Source: Phycisphaerae bacterium
GTDB taxonomy: Bacteria > Planctomycetota > Phycisphaerae > UBA1845
Direction: 5' to 3'
Assembly (NCBI GenBank): GCA_963666835.2
Contig: CAXXGO010000006.1
Coordinates: 1,440,001 to 1,504,000 of the forward strand
DNA: 64,000 bases
Numbering within the stretch: position 1 is the first letter of the stretch; each line of letters starts with the position of its first letter. The translations under genes and the position numbers were made by a program. This document shows positions 1-8,901 of the stretch, piece after piece. Below the pieces are notes generated by a model. It was given only the letters and a program-made list of their open reading frames with translations. It ran no database searches and was not told the DNA's origin.

Positions 1-962
1 ATCGGCTGCCACGAGGCAGCGCACCATCGAATCTCCTCATTCTTGCGACGAATGCGAAACGAGACGTCCTCTCCGGAGGTGCGCTTGGTGACGGTTTCCT
101 CGAAGACGCCCGCCATCCTTGCGCGGTCGTCCTCGTGGATCAACGTCCACGGATAACCCGGCATCCGCAAGCATTCGTCAACCGAATAGCCGGTGATGCG
201 CTCCACCGCCGGGTTTATCCAGAGCACTTTTCCATCGGGGTCGACCCAGTGTTCCCAATTGAAGGAGTAATCGGCGATGGCTCGGGAACGCTCTTCGGTA
301 GCACGCAGCGCTTCTTCCGCCTGGCGACGCTCGGTCATATCCAACACCGCCGTGATTCGCACGTCGGAGCTGTCCTTTGAGAGGGGCTTGGTGCAAACTG
401 AAACGGGGAACAGCGTACCGTCCTTCTTGACGGCGTGGATATCATACGGCTCCACCGCGCCGGATCGAGTCCGGTCGCGCGCGGTGGCACGATCCCCTGG
501 AGCGACAAACCGCAACAGCCGGTTCCCGACCAAGGCCGGAGTTTCCCATCCCAACATCCGGCCGAGTGCTTCGTTGACGTCGATGATCCGGTTCTCGTCG
601 TGAATCACCATCCCCTCGAAAGTGGCATTAGCCAGCCGCCGAAACCGGCGTTCACCCCGAGCCAGGGCGTCCTGCGAACGGGCGATCGCCTGGAAATACG
701 GTCCAATGGTAGCGACGCCGGCCAGCATAAGCGCGGAGATGGTCAGCCCGACCAGCTCGGAGGCAAGATCCGGAGGGCGAAGAACGTGCCCGGTGGCAAT
801 CGCCGAGAGCGTAACGAGCCGACGAACCGCCGCGAAGCAAAAGGCTGTTGCGATCAACCGCCAACACAGTCGGCGGCCAGTAACTCTCACAAGCCGAAGT
901 GCCAGAGCCGCGGCAATGAACTGGACACCGGCGGATATCGCCAACAGTATCGTCGCGAACAT
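1..962 (-). CDS. Membrane-anchored multi-PAS sensor protein (3' end outside window)
   Basis: Not in the ORF track because it runs off the edge. Manual translation from ATG 962: MFATILLAISAGVQFIAAALALRLV (TM helices), then ERRFRRLANATFEGMVIHDENRIIDVNEA...DMTERRQAEEALRATEERSRAIAD...WINPAVERITGY (two PAS/PAC domains). Confidence 0.85.
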   Translation of the reverse strand, partial: MFATILLAISAGVQFIAAALALRLVRVTGRRLCWRLIATAFCFAAVRRLVTLSAIATGHVLRPPDLASELVGLTISALMLAGVATIGPYFQAIARSQDALARGERRFRRLANATFEGMVIHDENRIIDVNEALGRMLGWETPALVGNRLLRFVAPGDRATARDRTRSGAVEPYDIHAVKKDGTLFPVSVCTKPLSKDSSDVRITAVLDMTERRQAEEALRATEERSRAIADYSFNWEHWVDPDGKVLWINPAVERITGYSVDECLRMPGYPWTLIHEDDRARMAGVFEETVTKRTSGEDVSFRIRRKNEEIRWCAASWQP

Positions 963-1468
963 GGGCCAGCCCTCGTACCACGGAAATCGCCGGTCGACAT
1001 CCCGATCGTCCGACGCGTTTCTGCCGTTCCAACGATGACGAGCCCGAGAGGTTGCCCTCTCGCGCACCGCCTTTCCTCCGACCCGGCACGAAGCTCACTC
1101 CAGTCCGGCCAGTCTCCGGCCGCCAGATCCGCGGGTCGGTCACACCCACAGTAGAAGATGCAAACAAACTCTCTTGTAGGACCCCAGACCGTCATTGTCA
1201 AGATAATACCGTAGTACGTTAACTTTCCCGCCAAGCCGACGAACCCTGTTGGGTCTGCGTGGATTCTGCCCAGGCGGGACCGGCATGATCTCAATCCGAT
1301 TGGGCGATCCTCGGCGTGCCGGCGTAATCCGCCGCGCGCAGTTACGTGCTCGCGCCGAGTGGCGCGCGGCATCTCGAAGGAGACGGCCAGGGTGACCGGG
1401 ATCGTGTCGGATGCCGACCGCGGTACGCCTTGCGCAGGCGAGAATCACGGCCAGCACAACGCCGACGG

Positions 1469-1870
1469 CTATCCCCACACTTCCTCATCGCCGGATTGGA
1501 GTCGCCCTAGCCTTCCTCCGGGTGTTTCACAGAACAGGATACTGCGCGGGGAACCGCATAGATCGAACAGTACCATCAACTCGCAGAACATGTCATCCAG
1601 GCTGCCCCGATCCGCCTGCGTCCACAGGCGCACGAGTTGTCCGCGATAGATGTAGGCCGTGATATGCCCGAAGTGGACCTTCAGGCATGGATCCGGGAGC
1701 CCGCGCTCCCGCGTGTAATACCAGGGCAGCATGCGATCTACGGCCCATTTGATGATCTCGCGATCCGCGTGGTTGACTATCACGGTGACCTCCACGACCT
1801 CTTTGAGGAACCCGGTCTGTAGACGCAGAAGCGCAGGGATTGTCTCCCGGTGCATATTCTCGGCGCGCAT
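1469..1870 (-). CDS. Hypothetical protein downstream of the sigma factor
   Basis: 133-aa ORF with protein-like composition, 21 nt after and co-oriented with the sigma gene. Confidence 0.5.
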   Translation of the reverse strand: MRAENMHRETIPALLRLQTGFLKEVVEVTVIVNHADREIIKWAVDRMLPWYYTRERGLPDPCLKVHFGHITAYIYRGQLVRLWTQADRGSLDDMFCELMVLFDLCGSPRSILFCETPGGRLGRLQSGDEEVWG

Positions 1871-1891
1871 GATGAACCCGGCGTGGGGTGA

Positions 1892-2671
1892 TTATGCAAG
1901 AGCATAGCGCGCCTCCGGTGATCCGAAGCGACTCCGCAGTTTTTCGATTACCTGCCGATGGATTTGACTCACGCGCGACTCGGAAAGACCCATCGCTGCT
2001 CCGGTTTCTGCCATCGTCAGGTCATCGAAGTAGTACAAGATCAGAACCGTTCGTTCCGCCGCACACAATCCGCGGCTTATGTAGTTCCGCAGCATCTCGC
2101 GGGCGACTTTCGCCCAGGGGGCCGGTTCACTGATGCTTGCGATTTCCGGTATCCCGGTGCGGTGGGCATAATCGTCGTGGTTCATCGACGGCAAGGCGCT
2201 GAACTGGATGCAGACCCCTGCCCGGGCGCGGCGCAGCAGTCGCTCGTACTCGCGGTACTTCAATCCCATGCGGGCGGCCACCTCGCGGTCCGTCACTTGG
2301 CGGCCGGTTTCCGAGCCGGCTATCTCGGCGGCCTGACAGCGAAGGCGTTCGAACTCCCGCACTGCCCGGGGCTGCGGGTCCGTTGCGCGGAGCCAGTCCA
2401 GAACCGCTCCGCTGATTCGCTTGCTTGCGAAAGTCTCGAATTTGACTCCACGGGCCGGATCGAACGTATCTATGGCCGTCCATAGCCCGTCAAACGCTGC
2501 ACTGGCGATCTCGTCGGGCGAAACCTGGACGGACAGACGGCGCGCGAGTTTCCGAGTGTGCGCTTTTATCAGGAAGCTGTAACGCACGACAAGTTCGTTA
2601 CGCGTTGCGCTATCACGAGAACGGGCGAATCGTTCCCACAGTTCACTTTGAGACCGGGCGCGCGTATTCAT
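1892..2671 (-). CDS. fliA: FliA/WhiG-family (sigma-28) RNA polymerase sigma factor
   Basis: FDPARGVKFETFASKRISGAVLDWLR (region 2) and LYYFDDLTMAETGAAMGLSESRVSQIH (region 4); SD AAGGAG upstream. Confidence 0.9.
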   Translation of the reverse strand: MNTRARSQSELWERFARSRDSATRNELVVRYSFLIKAHTRKLARRLSVQVSPDEIASAAFDGLWTAIDTFDPARGVKFETFASKRISGAVLDWLRATDPQPRAVREFERLRCQAAEIAGSETGRQVTDREVAARMGLKYREYERLLRRARAGVCIQFSALPSMNHDDYAHRTGIPEIASISEPAPWAKVAREMLRNYISRGLCAAERTVLILYYFDDLTMAETGAAMGLSESRVSQIHRQVIEKLRSRFGSPEARYALA

Positions 2672-3212
2672 GTTCAGGACTCCTTTCCAAGAATGGAATA
2701 CGGTTGCGATTAGAGGGAAAGGTTCGGGCCGAAGGAGCCGGCCGAGTCCGGGACTGCGTGGGGGATGATCCGCCCGAACTGCCGACCGAGCGCGGGGACG
2801 GATGACGTAACCTGATGCAACACAACGCGAAGAGCGAGGGGGTCATCGGGGTAGCCCACAGCAGTAATCCAAACCCTGATGGTGTTGCACCTCGTTAGAG
2901 TCATCATGCATCGTCTCAGCCTCCTTGCTTCGAAGATGCCGTCCGCCGGCTCGGCCGACACAGTCCGGACGACGTCGATAGCCCCCTCCTTCATGCGGAT
3001 GGAGGCGATCCTGCGAATGCTGCTCGGGTCGGCTCCGAAGACAGTGGTCAGGGATGATCCCGGTGACCATCCTGTCGTCAAACACCGACACACTTGTGAC
3101 ACTTCACTTTTCAGCAGTGAATCGGGCGATCCGTGCCCGGCGAGTCCCCACACCTCCTCGGGTGTGTTAATGGCGTGGGCTGCGCGACCCCCTCATGGTG
3201 CGCGTCACCTAT

Positions 3213-3240
3213 AATCTACCCCATATTCTCGGACCGGCAA
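3213..3240 (-). promoter_or_regulatory. Possible sigma-70 promoter upstream of the fliA leader
   Basis: Minus strand TTGCCG-N16-TAGATT. Confidence 0.35.
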
Positions 3241-3503
3241 TTGGGTAATCCTCCTCAGGGTCATGGCTCTGAACGTTCCAGCGTATGGAACCCACCCCAT
3301 CCGGCGTGCTTCGGAGGTGCGGTCCGCTACAGGTTGTGGATGTAGGGACTACTCCCCAATTTAACAGGATCAGTCCCGGGCATAATTGGTTTTCGATCCG
3401 TGTTCGAGGTGGAAGGTGGACGCGTAAACCTGAGGTCCCGCCAGACTGAGCGGGGCAGCTTTGACTACCTTCGCGAGCTCGGCGTTGGCGCTATGGTCGT
3501 TGG

Positions 3504-3896
3504 TCAGGCTTCGTTGCCGGCGCCCGGCTTATCCACGTCTGACGACGACTTTCCTGGGTGGGCCGCAGTATCGAGTGCCTCGGTGATGGCAATATGGCGG
3601 GCGAGCAGCGTGACTTCGCGCTGCAGCCGACGCAGGCGTGAATATACCATCAGGAATCCCGTCATCATGACGACAACGGCGCAATACAGAATGAGATCGG
3701 CTCCGCGACCGATGCCCAGCCTACGCGCCGCGGCTACCGTAAGCTCGGGGAAGGCCATCGCGATGCCGGCCGCGAGCCACAACAACGCCCAGAGGATCCC
3801 GTCCCGCCGGGAAACGATCCCCCGTGCTATCGCCAGGATAGTGACAATAAAAAGGCATAAGAGAATACCAAGCGCCAGGATCTGAAAGGCGTTCAT
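3504..3896 (-). CDS. DUF2304 family small membrane protein
   Basis: LWLAAGIAMAFPELTVAAARRLGIGRGADLILY...LQREVTLLARHIAI pattern; ATGA overlap with the upstream GT2 gene. Confidence 0.85.
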   Translation of the reverse strand: MNAFQILALGILLCLFIVTILAIARGIVSRRDGILWALLWLAAGIAMAFPELTVAAARRLGIGRGADLILYCAVVVMMTGFLMVYSRLRRLQREVTLLARHIAITEALDTAAHPGKSSSDVDKPGAGNEA

Positions 3897-4615
3897 CGGA
3901 TCATCCTGCCGAAAATGTAGTGAATCAGAATCCGGATTGCTCCGCGCGCCGACTGCCCCTTCGCCAGGGAGTAATCCGTGTAACGCACCCGAACCGGTAC
4001 CTCGCGATATTCGAGCCGGTTTTGCCTGATTTGATCGAGCAGCTCACTTGCGTGCGCCATGCGATCGAGGGTTATGTTCATCTGCTCCGCCGCCGGCCGC
4101 GAGAATGCCCGGAGTCCGTTATGTGTATCCGTCACCCGCACGCGACTGACGGCGCGCGTGAAGAGTACGGCCAGGCGCAAGAGCATTCGGCGCGAGAGCG
4201 GCATTTCGAACGTCTCGCCCAAGAACCGCGATCCCAAAGACACGTCGCAGGTGCCGGCGTGAATCGGTGCCACGAGCGCCGCAATATCATCAACCTCGTG
4301 CTGTCCATCGCTATCGAAGCTGACGATGTACTCAGCTCCGCGGGCGAGGGCAAACATGATCCCCGTCTGCAATGCCGCCCCTTGGCCGCGGTTGACCGGA
4401 TGACGCAACACGTACGTTGCGCTGTCTCGCGCTGCGGCGAAGGTGTCGTCCGTCGAACCGTCGTCCACGACAACCACGTTGGGATAGAGTGCGCGCACCT
4501 TGGCCGAAACCTGAGCAATGCAGGCGGATTCGTTGAACGCCGGCATCACTACAAACGTTCGCGCGATGACCTCGGCGGGCAGGCTATCATTCGATGGTGA
4601 TGGGCTATCCGTCAT
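3893..4615 (-). CDS. GT2 polyprenol-phosphate glycosyltransferase (DPM1/PpgS-like)
   Basis: VVMPAFNE, VVDDGSTDDT, NRGQGAALQTG, FDSDGQH, GSRF, TDTHNGLRAF. Start chosen at MTDSPS. Confidence 0.9.
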   Translation of the reverse strand: MTDSPSPSNDSLPAEVIARTFVVMPAFNESACIAQVSAKVRALYPNVVVVDDGSTDDTFAAARDSATYVLRHPVNRGQGAALQTGIMFALARGAEYIVSFDSDGQHEVDDIAALVAPIHAGTCDVSLGSRFLGETFEMPLSRRMLLRLAVLFTRAVSRVRVTDTHNGLRAFSRPAAEQMNITLDRMAHASELLDQIRQNRLEYREVPVRVRYTDYSLAKGQSARGAIRILIHYIFGRMIR

Positions 4616-4946
4616 GCAAACCATCCACGTAACGCCGGCAACTGACCCCGATCCGGGTGCAAAACGCGACCCGAACGATCTTCGACCGGACATATCGTAA
4701 GTGCCAACGGGCGTACGATCTACTTCCGGCTACCAAGAGTGTTATCCGAGTTGTCGGTTTCGCCAGAACTCCGCTAAAGTAGAAGTGTGCGATGGTCGGG
4801 CGGGACGGTGGGGTTATGGCCGAAAGATCCCGTTCGGCGTAGAACGGATTGTCGACCTCGCGAGCGGCGATGGCCGCGAGAGGCGTCGGTTTGGCGAAGT
4901 GAGCACCCGTTGCGGTCCGCGATTTGAGTGATAATGGAGAGACCAC

Positions 4947-6935
4947 GTGGTTCGTAGAAGATCCCAAAAACCGGCCGATCCACCCAAGCCTCAACTGACG
5001 GAAGACGCTTCGCAGGCCGGTTGGCCCCGCCTTGCTCCGTTGTTGATCGTGGCTGCGGCCGTCATCGCGTACGCCAACAGCTTCTCCGGGGCGTTTGTCT
5101 TTGACGATACGTACCACATCGTCAACAACCCCCGCATTACCCAGCTTTCGCCGGTGACGAACGTTATTGCCGGAGCCCGCCGCCCGGTCGTCGAGCTGTC
5201 GCTGGCCGTCAACTATGCGCTGGGTGGGGGGCTCGAGAGCAGCCGCGGCTTCCACATCTTCAATCTGATAGTACACATCCTGGCTGCGATGACCCTGACC
5301 GGGGTCCTACGCGCGACCCTCGACCGGCCGGTGCTGAGCCGGCTTTTCGGGGCATCGGCAAGAACCTGGCTGCCCCTCATTGTTGCCCTCATCTGGGTCG
5401 TTCACCCGCTACAGACGCAGAGCGTGACGTACATAATCCAGCGTGGTGAGTCACTAATGGGGCTGTTCTACCTGCTGACGCTCTACTGCGTGATCCGCGG
5501 AGCGGAATCGCCGCATCGTATGATCTGGTACGCAGCGGCCGTCGCAAGCTGTGCCTTAGGCATGGGGGCCAAGGCGGTCATGGTTACGGCCCCGTTGGTT
5601 GTGCTGCTCTTCGACCGGACGTTCATCGGGGGGTCTTTCCGTGCTGCGCTTCGGCGCCGGTGGGGGCTGTATGTTGCCCTTTTTGCCACGTGGCTGGTCT
5701 TGGTTCCCACGGGGGTTGTGCGCGGTGTGCTCGGAACGAGCCACGCCCGGGCTTCGGTTGGATTCTCGTGCAAGGACTTTACGCCTTTCGAGTATCTGCT
5801 GACCCAGACCGGTGTTTTGCTTCATTATCTGAGGCTTTCGATATGGCCTTATCCGCTGTGTTTGGATTACGAGTGGCCGATTGCCCGATCGATTGGCGAG
5901 GTTATCCCGGCCGGTGCCGTTATCGTTGTTCTTTTGTTGGTTACGGCGTGGGGTCTTTGGCGCAAGCCGGTGTGGGGGTTCGTGGGGGCGTGGTTCTTCA
6001 TCATCCTGGGGCCGACGTCCAGTATCGTGCCCATTCGTGATCCTGTTTTCGAACATCGGATGTACCTCCCACTGGCTGCGGTCCTGGTTGCGATTGTGCT
6101 TGCAGGGCACGCGCTGCTCGTTCGCCTGGCTCCTGCCGGCCGGGTGCGGCAGAGGATTGCCGCGGCGATGATCGTGGTCGTAGTCCTGCTCTTCGTAGTC
6201 ATGACCCTCAAGCGCAACACCGCTTATGCCAGTGAGATGACTATGTGGGCGGATGTGGTTAACCAGCAGCCGGACAACGGTCGTGCCCGGTATAACCTGG
6301 CTAATGCACTGCTCAAGGCCGGGCGGATTGCTGATGCCATCCCCGTGTCGCATGAGGCGATTCGTCTGCGTCCCGACCACGCTCCGTCTTATTATGACTT
6401 GGGGGTGGCGTTGCAGAGGCAGAAGAAGACGGCGGAGGCGATGGACGCGTACCGCACGGCCGTGAGGCTCGATCCGGACCACGCCAGTGGCCATCTGAAC
6501 TTGGGGGTGCTACTCCGCCAATCCGGGGATATTGAAGGGGCGATCGCCGAGTATCGCGAGACCTTACGGGTGGTCCCGGATCATCCGCGGGCTTGCTACA
6601 ACCTGGGGAACGCTCTGATGATTCAGGGGCGCGAGGAGGAGGCGGTGGCGTCCTATCGCGAGGCGGTGCGGATCGACCCGGGCCATGTTAAGGCTCGTAT
6701 CAAGATCGCTAAGTCGTTGGTTCGGCGCGGTCTGATCGAGGACGCGATTCGGGAATACCAAGATGCCCTTCGGGTGCAGCCGTATCATCCGGACGTACAC
6801 TATAACCTGGGCGCAGCTTTGCTGGAGGCGGGCCGAGTCTCCGAGGCGGTCGAGTCGTTCGAGAGGACGTTACAGATCCAGCCCAGCCACAAGGCCGCCC
6901 GCGAGGCGCTGGCGGCCGTGCGGAATCAGCAGTAA
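4947..6935 (+). CDS. TMTC-like multi-TM protein with C-terminal TPRs (putative GT-C glycosyltransferase)
   Basis: FVFDD acidic loop motif, HPLQTQSVTYIIQRGE, FEHRMYLP, then about 6 TPR repeats. Confidence 0.85.
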   Translation: MVRRRSQKPADPPKPQLTEDASQAGWPRLAPLLIVAAAVIAYANSFSGAFVFDDTYHIVNNPRITQLSPVTNVIAGARRPVVELSLAVNYALGGGLESSRGFHIFNLIVHILAAMTLTGVLRATLDRPVLSRLFGASARTWLPLIVALIWVVHPLQTQSVTYIIQRGESLMGLFYLLTLYCVIRGAESPHRMIWYAAAVASCALGMGAKAVMVTAPLVVLLFDRTFIGGSFRAALRRRWGLYVALFATWLVLVPTGVVRGVLGTSHARASVGFSCKDFTPFEYLLTQTGVLLHYLRLSIWPYPLCLDYEWPIARSIGEVIPAGAVIVVLLLVTAWGLWRKPVWGFVGAWFFIILGPTSSIVPIRDPVFEHRMYLPLAAVLVAIVLAGHALLVRLAPAGRVRQRIAAAMIVVVVLLFVVMTLKRNTAYASEMTMWADVVNQQPDNGRARYNLANALLKAGRIADAIPVSHEAIRLRPDHAPSYYDLGVALQRQKKTAEAMDAYRTAVRLDPDHASGHLNLGVLLRQSGDIEGAIAEYRETLRVVPDHPRACYNLGNALMIQGREEEAVASYREAVRIDPGHVKARIKIAKSLVRRGLIEDAIREYQDALRVQPYHPDVHYNLGAALLEAGRVSEAVESFERTLQIQPSHKAAREALAAVRNQQ

Positions 6936-6957
6936 GCGACAAGTCTGTGACAATGAG

Positions 6958-7043
6958 GTAGGGCAGGTCGAGGCACGAGACCTGCCGCGGTTTTCGCGTG
7001 TCGCGCGCTATTGTGGCAGGTCTCGTACCTCGACCTGGTCTAC
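6958..7043. repeat. Inverted pair of GTAG-type REP hairpins (REPIN-like doublet)
   Basis: GTAG-GGCAGGTCGAGGCACGAGACCTGCC at 6958-6986 and an inverted, slightly degenerate copy at 7015-7043. Confidence 0.8.
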
Positions 7044-7064
7044 GGCTTCCGTATTAGCCTGTGA

Positions 7065-7356
7065 GGGCGGAAGCTCCTCAGAGCCCGTGGCGCAAGCCAC
7101 GGGAATGCGGGAGCCAGGTGAACGAAGCCCCGGTAGGGGCGGCACTTGGTAAGGACGGCGTTCGATATGTCGCGCACGCGGCAGCGACGGACGTGCGAGC
7201 AGGAGTATGCGGTGTTACTAGTGCGGCACGGGCTTGCGGATGACGAGCGTCGCATTGGTTCAAGTGTCGCCCCTGACGGGGCTTGGTTGCATGGGGCGAT
7301 TCGGACCCGCGGCTGACGCCGCGGGCTCAGAAGAGCTGTCGCCCCTGGCGGGGCTG
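7065..7356. mobile_element. Non-autonomous palindromic element (GCCCC.../GGGGC hairpin family)
   Basis: 7125-7148 AAGCCCCGGTAGGGGCGGCACTTG is a near-perfect inverted repeat of 7261-7284 CAAGTGTCGCCCCTGACGGGGCTT; further hairpins on both sides; no credible ORF. Confidence 0.55.
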
Positions 7357-7451
7357 GTGACGCGAGGCTGAGTGTTATGAAAGCGGCACGTAGCGCGCGA
7401 GGTCGGGTGTTGTGGAAGCACGGACGTGGCAACGAGGTCTCGGCAGGTCTC

Positions 7452-7480
7452 GGCAGGTCTCGTACCTCGACCTGCCCTAC
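7452..7480 (-). repeat. GTAG-type REP
   Basis: GGCAGGTCTCGTACCTCGACCTGCCCTAC, preceded by a 10-bp stutter (CGGCAGGTCT twice). Confidence 0.8.
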
Positions 7481-7566
7481 GCCTAGTGTCGGACGGGTGG
7501 CATTAGGCAACTTGGTAGCCCGTGATTTACAGTCTCCTCGCCACGAGTGGCCTTGCGAATCGGAGC

Positions 7567-8559
7567 TCATGTTACTTCCTGGATGGTTGCCGTTGCCAAT
7601 ACGGCCATCAGCTGTGATGCCACCGCCACGGCCCAGGCGTGCGGCATGCGTAAGTACAGCTTGTATCCTCGCGAAAGCGCGTAAACCACAACCACAAGGA
7701 ACAACCATAGAACATCGGGGTCAAGCGGCCGGAAACACGAGTACGAGGCTAAGCTAAGGACGTAGCCCAGCAAGAAAGCGAGACCGACGAACGGCGCCAG
7801 CATCAAAGGTAGGGCATAGGCCCAGACACGCACCACGTGCGCAGTTCGCACTTTGCATCGGCGCATCGACTGCTGAAAGACCAGCAAGGCCAGAAACGAA
7901 CACAGCAGCCAGAGCCCGGTCGTCTCCACTATCGATGACGTTTGCCAATCGCTTAGCGCATCCCAGATGAACCCGGGCAAGTCACTTACGTTCCCGTTAG
8001 TCTGTCGCCCCCATGTGCCCAACCCGAGTCGCAGATACCACCGCGCCCGGAGCCACTCTCCAAGCCCCATGACCGGGACGAGCACCGCCCCGAACAGAAT
8101 GAAGCCGATGAAGACCTGCCCGAGAAGCGGTCGGATCTGCGGCGGGTCATGCAGGTCGAGCGTTGACCAGAGGCGTTTCGGGCGGGCGGCCAGGCACCAT
8201 GTTCCGAGCAACGACCTGACGGGTTGGTCGCGCCAACGGTACTCGAACACGAGCTTCTTGCGGCGGTGATATTCAGCCAGAGCGTCTTCCCAGGTGAATT
8301 GCGTACCGCATTCCGGGCACCGGGTCTCGGTTAGGCCGCAGAGGTGATAGCCGCACTCTCCACAGACGAGCTTCTCGAGCGGAATCGCCTCGGACCAATC
8401 GAACGTCAAGTCGCAAGCCGGGCACTGTGGCTTGCTGAGCCCACGCAAGTTGTGCCCGCACCTGGCACACGCGACGTCAAACGGGACAGCGTCCCAGTCC
8501 GGTGCGAGGGCATCGGCGTGGTTTATGATGGGTTCGCTTGCTGGAGCTGTCGCAGTCAT
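7567..8559 (-). CDS. Double zinc-ribbon membrane protein
   Basis: CARCGHNLRGLSKPQCPAC and CGECGYHLCGLTETRCPECG, followed by about 5 TM segments. Start at MTATAP after a G-rich SD; the ORF extends to 8712. Confidence 0.8.
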   Translation of the reverse strand: MTATAPASEPIINHADALAPDWDAVPFDVACARCGHNLRGLSKPQCPACDLTFDWSEAIPLEKLVCGECGYHLCGLTETRCPECGTQFTWEDALAEYHRRKKLVFEYRWRDQPVRSLLGTWCLAARPKRLWSTLDLHDPPQIRPLLGQVFIGFILFGAVLVPVMGLGEWLRARWYLRLGLGTWGRQTNGNVSDLPGFIWDALSDWQTSSIVETTGLWLLCSFLALLVFQQSMRRCKVRTAHVVRVWAYALPLMLAPFVGLAFLLGYVLSLASYSCFRPLDPDVLWLFLVVVVYALSRGYKLYLRMPHAWAVAVASQLMAVLATATIQEVT

Positions 8560-8901
8560 GTCATAGCCCCCCAAACACCCCTTTGCTATAGCTTGCGATA
8601 CGCGCGCCGGCAATGGCTGGTCGATATCATCCAGAACCGCCCGCCCGCACTCGGGACACACGCCGGAGGTATTACCGGTAAGATTGTAGCCAGATTCCCG
8701 GCGGTTCTCCAACGGGTGCGACGTATCTCAGGCGTACAATTACGCGGGGAAGGTGCCGGGCGACGCACTGCGGCGGCTATCGGTGCGTAGGTGGCCTTCT
8801 GGTTGAGGCGTCGGCTTTTGCACTTGTGTTGCCACGGCGGTTTGCGGTAAGATGACGGCCTGGGGTGACAATGCGGTTCCGATCTATTGGGGAGAAAACA
8901 A

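Noticed and set aside
1140..1478. 112-aa ORF between the PAS gene and the hypothetical gene
   Set aside because: Arg/Pro-rich low-complexity translation with no motif; cannot be supported as a gene.
2710..3214. ORFs 2710-3153 (-), 2843-3091 (-) and 2879-3214 (+)
   Set aside because: Mutually overlapping with no recognisable domain. A short peptide after AAGGAGG near 2909 cannot be excluded.
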